Source of the DNA: an uncultured Propionivibrio sp.
GTDB taxonomy: Bacteria > Pseudomonadota > Gammaproteobacteria > Burkholderiales > Rhodocyclaceae
Direction: 5' to 3'
Length of the DNA: 32,000 bases
NCBI GenBank assembly: GCA_964563685.1
Contig: CAZLXL010000003.1
Coordinates: forward strand, 237,585 to 269,584
Part shown: in pieces, positions 25,510 through 32,000 of the stretch
How positions within the stretch are numbered: the stretch's first letter is position 1
Layout: the number at the start of each line of letters is the position of its first letter
Translations under genes and position numbers: made by a program
The notes under the pieces: model-generated
What the model saw: the letters and a program-made list of their open reading frames with translations, nothing else
The model's database searches: none
Told to the model about the DNA's origin: nothing

Positions 25510-27893
25510 GTACGCTCGAATGCCAGCTGCTGGACCAGGTCGATCAGATGCTCCTGGTCGTCGAGCCGGATTCGCTGCGCATCGTCATGGCCAACCGCGT
25601 GGCGACCTCCGTGCTCGGTTATTCCATGGAGGAGCTGCTCGAAAAAACCATTCTTGATGTCGAATGCGCGCTGCAGGATGTCTTTTACTGGGAGGAGGTG
25701 CGTTTCGGCCAACGCTCGAACATCGATTCCCAGGAAGGCTTGTATACCTGTGCCGACGGATCGATGTACTCGGCGATCAAATCGGTCAGGTCGGTCATGC
25801 TGGATGGAAAATCCTTCCTGCTGGTCCAGGCACGGGAAGTTCCGCGCGGCCTGAGCATCGAGGAGGATCTTGCATATACCACCTCGCAATTGCGCGCCAC
25901 CCTCGAATCCACAGGCAACGGCATCCTGGTGATCGACTGGCAGAGCAGGATTTCCAGCATGAACCGCCTGTTCAGCACCATGTGGCAGTTGCCGGAAGAG
26001 TTGCTGCTCACGCAGGACGAGCACGCCATCCTGGACCATGTCTGCGCCCAGGTCATCAATCCGGACGCCTTCCGCCAACGCTTGCGCGAAATCGTGGAAA
26101 GTCAGGAAACCCGTGAAACCGAGGATATTCTGCACCTCCGCGATGGGCAGGTGTTCCAGTGTAAATCACTGCCCCAGTATCTCGATGAGCGCATCATCGG
26201 ACGCGTTTTCGGGTTCAACGACATTACCGAGCGCATCAGTATCGAGAAAGCCCTGATTTCAGCGCGCGAGAAGGCCGAGTCGGCGAATCAGGCCAAGGCC
26301 GCTTTCCTGGCCATGATGTCGCACGAAATCCGCACGCCGATCAATGGGGTCATGGGCGTGGCGACATTGCTCTCCGATACGCCACTGGATGCCGAGCAGA
26401 AACGCTATCTGGAAATTATCCGCTCCAGTTCCGAGGCCTTGCTGACTATCGTCAATGACGTCCTCGACGTATCGAAAATCGAGGCGCATAAACTGGTGCT
26501 TGAGGCCATCGATTTCTGCATGCCGGATTTGCTCGAGGAAATTGCCGACTTGTACGGGCTGCGAGCCGACGAAAAGAATCTGGAATATGCCTGGAGCCTG
26601 GATCCTTCGGTGCCCGAACGTTTGTGCGGCGATCCCGGGCGAATTCGCCAGGTGCTGACCAACCTGATTGGTAATGCGCTGAAGTTTACGCATAGCGGAT
26701 CAATCTCGCTACGCGTGACGCGGTTGCCCGACCGTCAGGGGCGGATTGTTCTGCACGCCGAAGTCGAGGATACGGGGATCGGCATCGCCAGCGAAAATAT
26801 CGACAAGGTCTTTGCGCCCTTCGAGCAGGCGGACAGTTCCACGACGCGAAAATACGGAGGAACCGGGCTGGGCCTGACGATTACGCGGCAACTGGTTGAG
26901 CTGATGGAAGGCGAGATCGGGGTGGTCAGCCAGGAGCATGTCGGCACCACCTTCATGGTGGACATGCTTCTCAAGCCGGCGGTCAGTGAAACGGAACCGA
27001 TCAGGCCGCTTGCCGCCTTCCCGGAAATTCGGGCGCTGGTGGTTGATGACAACCCCGTGGCCAGGCATGGGCTGGCCTTTCAACTCAAGGCGCTGGGCCT
27101 GGTGGCCGATGAGGCGTCGAATGCGCAGGAAGCCATGACGCGTATGGCTTCCATGAATAAGGGGAGCTCTTCGTATCAGTGCGTTTTCATTGATCAGAAC
27201 ATGCCGGGATGCGACGGGAAATGGCTGGCGCGGCGCCTTGTCGAAGAGGGCGCAGATTCCGCCGTGCGCCTGATCCTGTGCATTTCGGCCGGCCGCCATA
27301 TCCGTGAAGAGGATATCCGGGCCGATGGTTTTGCCGCCTATGTGCACAAACCGGTCACCCGGAGGGCGCTGGCGCGATGTCTGGAACAGGTTTTTGCAGA
27401 ATCCCGGGCGTCGGAAGACAATCAAACGGACGCTGCTGAAAAGAAGCGCGTCGAAAAAGCGATTCAGCCATACAGCGTGCTGGTGGTCGAGGATAATGCA
27501 ATCAACATGCTGGTGATCAAGGGGCTTCTGGACAAACTGGGTTATGCGCGCATCGACAAGGCGCGCGACGGACTGGAAGGTGTCGAGCTGGCCAGCAGGC
27601 AGAGCTACGACCTGATTCTGATGGATTGCCAGATGCCGAAGCTCGATGGTTATGCAGCGACCCGCCGCCTGCGCGAGCTCGGCATTGAGACTCCGATCAT
27701 TGCCATGACCGCGCATGCCCTCGAAGGCGATCGCGAGAAATGCCTTGACGCCGGGATGAATGACTATCTGACCAAGCCGATCGACATCGGCAGACTTTCC
27801 GAGTGCCTGGGGCGCTGGCTGCCCGCTGCAGCGGAGCCGGCCAAAGATCAAGCCCGTGCGCCTGATGCCGGTGGCGGCTTGCTCAAGGTATAA
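25506..27893 (+). CDS. hybrid sensor histidine kinase with PAS domains and two receiver domains
   Basis: H-box MSHEIRTPINGV, N-box NLIGNALKFT, G-boxes DTGIGI and GGTGLGLTI. Receiver domains with VVDDNP...DQNMPGCDG and VVEDNA...MDCQMPKLDG. ATGA overlap with the HD-GYP gene. Confidence 0.9.
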   Translation: MSTLECQLLDQVDQMLLVVEPDSLRIVMANRVATSVLGYSMEELLEKTILDVECALQDVFYWEEVRFGQRSNIDSQEGLYTCADGSMYSAIKSVRSVMLDGKSFLLVQAREVPRGLSIEEDLAYTTSQLRATLESTGNGILVIDWQSRISSMNRLFSTMWQLPEELLLTQDEHAILDHVCAQVINPDAFRQRLREIVESQETRETEDILHLRDGQVFQCKSLPQYLDERIIGRVFGFNDITERISIEKALISAREKAESANQAKAAFLAMMSHEIRTPINGVMGVATLLSDTPLDAEQKRYLEIIRSSSEALLTIVNDVLDVSKIEAHKLVLEAIDFCMPDLLEEIADLYGLRADEKNLEYAWSLDPSVPERLCGDPGRIRQVLTNLIGNALKFTHSGSISLRVTRLPDRQGRIVLHAEVEDTGIGIASENIDKVFAPFEQADSSTTRKYGGTGLGLTITRQLVELMEGEIGVVSQEHVGTTFMVDMLLKPAVSETEPIRPLAAFPEIRALVVDDNPVARHGLAFQLKALGLVADEASNAQEAMTRMASMNKGSSSYQCVFIDQNMPGCDGKWLARRLVEEGADSAVRLILCISAGRHIREEDIRADGFAAYVHKPVTRRALARCLEQVFAESRASEDNQTDAAEKKRVEKAIQPYSVLVVEDNAINMLVIKGLLDKLGYARIDKARDGLEGVELASRQSYDLILMDCQMPKLDGYAATRRLRELGIETPIIAMTAHALEGDREKCLDAGMNDYLTKPIDIGRLSECLGRWLPAAAEPAKDQARAPDAGGGLLKV

Positions 27894-27957
27894 TCGCCTG
27901 CGATTTCACCAACGAATTTCAATTCGTCCTTATGTAACCTTTGCGACGGGGAATGAT

Positions 27958-28638
27958 ATGGCAGCAGCGACGATGAATACGGAAAAAGCGCGTTTCAACA
28001 TGATCCAGCAGCAGATACGTCCGTGGGAGGTGCTTGACCCTGAAGTGCTCGCGCTGCTATCTGTCGTGAAGCGCGAGGAATTCGTGCCTGCCAATCACCG
28101 TGATCTGGCATTTGCCGATGTTGAAATTCCGCTCAAGGCCAATGCGGTGCCCGGGCAGACGATGCTGGCGCCCCGTGTCGAAGCGCGACTGCTGCAGGAG
28201 CTGGCCATCAGGAATACCGACAAGGTGCTCGAGATCGGAACGGGCAGCGGCTACATGGCGGCCTTGCTGGCAGCCAAGGCCGAATTTGTCTATACCGTCG
28301 AGATCGATGCGGAACTGGTCGAGATGGCGCGCAGGAATCTGCAGCGGGCGGGAGTGGCCAATGTCAGCGTCGATCTGGGCGATGCCGCGCAGGGCTGGTC
28401 TCTGTATGCACCCTACGATGTGATCGTGGTTTCAGCCTCGATGCCGTTGCTGCCGCAAGCGCTGTTGCGCCAGCTCAAGATTGGCGGCCGCCTGGTGGCC
28501 ATTGTCGGCGAAGAACCGACCATGGAGGCGCAACTGGTCAAGCGCACCGAGGAGAACGCGTTCAGCACCGTCAATCTGTTTGAAACCGTGGTTGCGCCAC
28601 TGGTCAATGCACAGCAGCGCGAAAAATTCGTTTTCTGA
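27958..28638 (+). CDS. pcm: protein-L-isoaspartate O-methyltransferase family protein
   Basis: SAM-binding motif VLEIGTGSGYMAALLA. N-terminus ARFNMIQQQIRPWEV. Position upstream of tolC is typical. Confidence 0.75.
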   Translation: MAAATMNTEKARFNMIQQQIRPWEVLDPEVLALLSVVKREEFVPANHRDLAFADVEIPLKANAVPGQTMLAPRVEARLLQELAIRNTDKVLEIGTGSGYMAALLAAKAEFVYTVEIDAELVEMARRNLQRAGVANVSVDLGDAAQGWSLYAPYDVIVVSASMPLLPQALLRQLKIGGRLVAIVGEEPTMEAQLVKRTEENAFSTVNLFETVVAPLVNAQQREKFVF

Positions 28639-28678
28639 CATTCTGGCCTGCGGGAAACAGAGAGAGGAGTTGCGGTTC

Positions 28679-30004
28679 ATGCGCCTGAAGCGACTGGCAG
28701 GCTTGTCTCTCATGCTGGCCTTTTCATCGGCCGCAGCCTCGGCCGACCTGCTTCAGGTTTACCGCGAGGCGCTGTCCAATGATGCCCAGTATGCGGCGGC
28801 CCGCGCCACCGTCGAAGCCGGGCGCGAAAAATTGCCGCAAGGTCTGGCCGGCCTGTTGCCAAGCATCGGCGCCACGGCCAATACCGTCTGGAACGAAAAC
28901 AAATATCGCGCCGACAGCCAGTCGGCCCTGCGCAAGGAATACAACACCAACGGCTACAACGTCAGCCTGACGCAGCCGCTGTTCCGCTGGCAGAACTATG
29001 CGCAGTACGGACAGGCGCGCTGGCAAGTGATCCAGGCTGAGGCGAATTTTGCCCAGGCTCGGCAGGATTTGATCCTGCGCGTGGCCCAGGCCTATTTCGA
29101 TGTGCTCTATGCGCAGGAGAACCTGAAGGCGGTGCGCGCCAGCAAACAGGCCATAGCTCAGCAACTGGAGCAGGCCCGGAAGAATTTCGAGGTCGGCACG
29201 GCCACCATTACCGATACCCATGAGGCGCAATCGCGCTATGACCTGGCCAATGCCCAGGAGCTGGCCGGGGAAAACGAGCTGGAGGTCAAGCGTTATGCGC
29301 TGCGCGTGATTGTCGGCAAGGATCCGGGCGAACTCAACCGCTTGCGTGACGATGCGACGCTTTTGCCGCCACAACCGGCGATCATGGAAAAATGGGTCGA
29401 GGCAGCAGAACGGGACAGCTTCGCAGTGCAGGCGCAACAGGCCTCCGTCGAAGTGGCGAGCAAGGAAATCGAACGCGTTCGCGCGGGCCATTACCCGACG
29501 CTGGACGTGGTGGCGAACTACGGCAGGACCAACGGAGCGGTTTCGTTTTCGAGCAATTCCAGCCTGGAAACGGATGCGCGGAATATCGGGTTGCAGCTGA
29601 CGATCCCGCTATTCCAGGGCGGTGCGGTGAATTCGAAAACCCGCGAAGCCATCGCCAACCGGAGTGCGGCGCAATCGATGCTGGAAAATGCCCGGCGCAC
29701 GGCCACCCTGGGTGCCCGGCAATCCTTCCTCGGTGTGGTGAATGGGCTGGCGCAGGTCCGCGCGCTGGATGCGGCGCTCGTGTCGAGCACCAGCGCGCTG
29801 GAATCGAACAAGCTGGGTTACGAAGTCGGGGTGCGCATCAATATCGACGTGCTGAATGCCGAGCAGCAGGTTTATCTCACCCGGCGCGATCTGGCCAAGG
29901 CCCGTTTCGACACCCTGCTGGCGCAGCTCAAGCTGAAGGCAGCGGTGGGTACTCTCGACGAGAACGATCTGCAACAGATCAACCCGCTGTTCGAGGTGCC
30001 GTAG
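28679..30004 (+). CDS. tolC: TolC-family outer membrane channel
   Basis: Signal peptide MRLKRLAGLSLMLAFSSAAASA. DLLQVYREALSNDAQYAAARA and the repeated TolC half-domains. GAGAGGAG Shine-Dalgarno. Confidence 0.9.
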   Translation: MRLKRLAGLSLMLAFSSAAASADLLQVYREALSNDAQYAAARATVEAGREKLPQGLAGLLPSIGATANTVWNENKYRADSQSALRKEYNTNGYNVSLTQPLFRWQNYAQYGQARWQVIQAEANFAQARQDLILRVAQAYFDVLYAQENLKAVRASKQAIAQQLEQARKNFEVGTATITDTHEAQSRYDLANAQELAGENELEVKRYALRVIVGKDPGELNRLRDDATLLPPQPAIMEKWVEAAERDSFAVQAQQASVEVASKEIERVRAGHYPTLDVVANYGRTNGAVSFSSNSSLETDARNIGLQLTIPLFQGGAVNSKTREAIANRSAAQSMLENARRTATLGARQSFLGVVNGLAQVRALDAALVSSTSALESNKLGYEVGVRINIDVLNAEQQVYLTRRDLAKARFDTLLAQLKLKAAVGTLDENDLQQINPLFEVP

Positions 30005-30021
30005 TCGTTCAAAGCGATTTG

Positions 30022-30099
30022 CCACGAAGTTCGCGAAGAACTCAAGGCGAAACAATTCTTCTCTTGATTCTTTCTTCGTGCCCTTCGTGTTCTTCGTGG
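30022..30099. repeat. imperfect long hairpin with three tandem CTTCGTG heptamers between convergent tolC and waaA
   Basis: ccacgaag (30022-30029) pairs with cttcgtgg (30092-30099). CTTCGTG occurs at 30074, 30083 and 30092. Probably a bidirectional terminator or REP-like element. Confidence 0.45.
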
Positions 30100-30132
30100 T
30101 TAAGTTTTAGGATTTGCGATTTCGCGGTACGG

Positions 30133-31392
30133 CTAAACCAGCAATTCCTTGACGAGGGCGATCGTCCTGGCGGTCGCTCCGCGGTGCTCCTGGCTGAAGC
30201 GGATGGCTGCCTCGCGCATGATGGGCAATGCGCTTTTATCGAGCAGCAGGCGTTGTGTCGTGATTGACGCGTCTTCTGCGTCGGCAACGCGTTGTGCGGC
30301 CCCGCAAGCCAGCGCATCCTCGGTGGCCTGGGCGAAATTGTAGGTATGCGGTCCGACCAGGGCCGGGCACCCGCAGGCCGCGGCTTCGATCAGGTTCTGT
30401 CCTCCGAAAGGCAGCAAGGTGCCGCCGATCAATGCGATATCCGCGGTTGCGAAGTAGGCCGGCATCTCGCCCATGCTGTCGCCCAGCCAGACGCGCGTTT
30501 CTGGCAGCGGGAGGCGGCCTTCGCTGCGCCTGCAGAACGGGAGCCGGCACGCTTCGATCATCCCGGCCACTTCATTAAAGCGTTGCGGATGCCGCGGTAC
30601 GAGCAACAATAGCAAGCCGGGCTGGTCGAGCCGGGCAAAGGCGTCGAGGATGGCAGGCTCCTCGCCCTCGCGAGTGCTGGCGGCCAGCCAGACCGGACGA
30701 TCGCCGAGCGACTGCCGCCATTCCTTGCCAAGCTGCAATTTTTCCGGTGCGGGGGTAACGTCGAATTTCAGGTTGCCGCTGATGCGCACGTCGCGGGCGC
30801 CGATGCCCGACAGACGTTCCGCATCGGGCGCGGTTTGCGCTGCGATGCAGGCGATTTTTTCCATGGCCGGGCGGATGAGCGGCAGAAAGCGTTGGTAGCC
30901 GCGTTGCGATTTTTCCGAGAGACGGGCGTTGACCAGCAGCATCGGAATATTTCGTTCTTGCGCCGAGGCGATCAGGTTGGGCCAGATCTCGGTTTCCATG
31001 AGCAGGCCGAGGCGTGGTCTGAAATGGTCAAGAAAGCGGGCGCAGGCATCGGGCAGATCGTAAGGCAGGTAACACTGGATCAGGCGCGGGCCGTACTTGC
31101 CGATCAATTCGCCGCCCACAGCGCGCCCGGTCGGCGTCATGTGCGTGATCAGCAGGCTGTGATCGGGGTAGGTGGCGAGCAGGTCGCGGATCAGCGGTTC
31201 GGCGGCGCGCGTCTCACCCACCGAAACAGCGTGCAGCCAGAGCAGCCGGAGCGGGGCTTGCCGGCGATGAAATCCATAGCGCTCGCCGAGGTGCCGAAGG
31301 TATTCCGGTTGCTTGCGCGCGCGCCAGGCAAGGCGCAGCCAGATCAGTGGCTGCGCCAAGTAGAACAGCAGGCTGTAGATGAAGCGGCTCAT
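30133..31392 (-). CDS. waaA: 3-deoxy-D-manno-octulosonic acid (Kdo) transferase
   Basis: MSRFIYSLLFYLAQPLIWLRLAWR...LWLHAVSVGETRAAEPLI is characteristic of WaaA/KdtA. ATGA overlap with waaC. Confidence 0.9.
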   Translation of the reverse strand: MSRFIYSLLFYLAQPLIWLRLAWRARKQPEYLRHLGERYGFHRRQAPLRLLWLHAVSVGETRAAEPLIRDLLATYPDHSLLITHMTPTGRAVGGELIGKYGPRLIQCYLPYDLPDACARFLDHFRPRLGLLMETEIWPNLIASAQERNIPMLLVNARLSEKSQRGYQRFLPLIRPAMEKIACIAAQTAPDAERLSGIGARDVRISGNLKFDVTPAPEKLQLGKEWRQSLGDRPVWLAASTREGEEPAILDAFARLDQPGLLLLLVPRHPQRFNEVAGMIEACRLPFCRRSEGRLPLPETRVWLGDSMGEMPAYFATADIALIGGTLLPFGGQNLIEAAACGCPALVGPHTYNFAQATEDALACGAAQRVADAEDASITTQRLLLDKSALPIMREAAIRFSQEHRGATARTIALVKELLV

Positions 31393-32000
31393 TCCTGCAG
31401 CGCTTCGGAGATGGCTGCAAGGACATCCGCAACTCCGGGGGGCTGGCCGGGTCCGCCGAGATTGCGGCAATATCGTGCGCCGTGCACGCCGGTCAGCGCC
31501 GGGTTGGTTGCGGTGTAAAGGCCAAGGGTAGGAACACCCAGGGCCGCGGACAAATGCAGCAGTCCGGTATCGACTCCGGTGGCCAGTACGGAATGGCCGA
31601 TCAGTCCTGCCAGTTCACGCAGAGAGAGGGGTGGGGCGACAACGATTCCGGAGGATGCCGCGGCAATACGTTCGGCGCGCTGTCTCTCGGGTGTATTGCC
31701 CGATGGCAGGACGGGGGTTATGCCGCGATCGATCAGGTGCCGGGCTACGGCGATCCAGTGTGTCTCGTCCCATAGCTTGTCGTCGCGGCTGGTGGCCGTC
31801 AGCAAAATGGCGTGACGCCTTGCCTGCAGCCAGGAAAAATCGGAAGCGGGAGCTGAAATGCCGTAATCCAGAGGCAGGTCGACCGGATACTTAAAGGCTG
31901 CGGCGCTCAGCCAGCGGTTGCGTTCGACGGCATGCGCGTTGGGTGGGATGACGAAGGTCCTGTCATAGAACCAGGACGCCAGCGATTCGCGGGCCACTTC
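31389..32000 (-). CDS. waaC: lipopolysaccharide heptosyltransferase I, C-terminal part (gene continues past the window)
   Basis: TSRDDKLWDETHW...GVDTGLLHLSAALGVPTLGLYTATNPALTG matches the GT9 heptosyltransferase I C-terminal domain. Confidence 0.8.
   Translation of the reverse strand, partial: EVARESLASWFYDRTFVIPPNAHAVERNRWLSAAAFKYPVDLPLDYGISAPASDFSWLQARRHAILLTATSRDDKLWDETHWIAVARHLIDRGITPVLPSGNTPERQRAERIAAASSGIVVAPPLSLRELAGLIGHSVLATGVDTGLLHLSAALGVPTLGLYTATNPALTGVHGARYCRNLGGPGQPPGVADVLAAISEALQE

Overview
The window appears to come from a G+C-rich proteobacterial chromosome, possibly betaproteobacterial judging by the pcm-tolC-waaA-waaC gene order. Two stacked genomic islands of visibly lower G+C (judged by eye, not computed) interrupt it at a tRNA-Arg(CCG) gene.

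Core DNA (14.2-32 kb) carries:
- a cobalamin cluster (btuF-like, cobD, cbiB, cobQ);
- a DUF4392-like gene;
- a TAXI-type TRAP transporter;
- a translationally coupled HD-GYP / hybrid histidine kinase pair;
- pcm-like, tolC, waaA and the 3' part of waaC.

The intact tRNA lies at 14198-14274 (-). Its last 45 nt are duplicated exactly at 3891-3935, which bounds island A at about 10.3 kb.

Island A carries:
- a tyrosine integrase;
- a dcm-vsr-HNH restriction-modification module;
- a small HUH-motif Rep-like gene next to a 420-nt origin-like non-coding region;
- a FimB-sized tyrosine recombinase;
- a cassette of an unknown 271-aa protein, a clamp-loader-like AAA+ ATPase and a GNAT;
- several orphan genes.

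A second integrase (2761-3753) abuts the orphan tRNA half and marks island B, whose far end lies outside the window. Island B encodes a secreted ankyrin-like protein and small proteins.

The most unusual signal seen directly is an oriented gapped palindrome, TGTCG-N7-CGACA. It occurs five times, only in island A, mostly right at gene ends.

No CRISPR array, rRNA gene, transposase or recognisable B12 riboswitch was seen. All family assignments rest on motifs I recognised by eye; no database search was possible.
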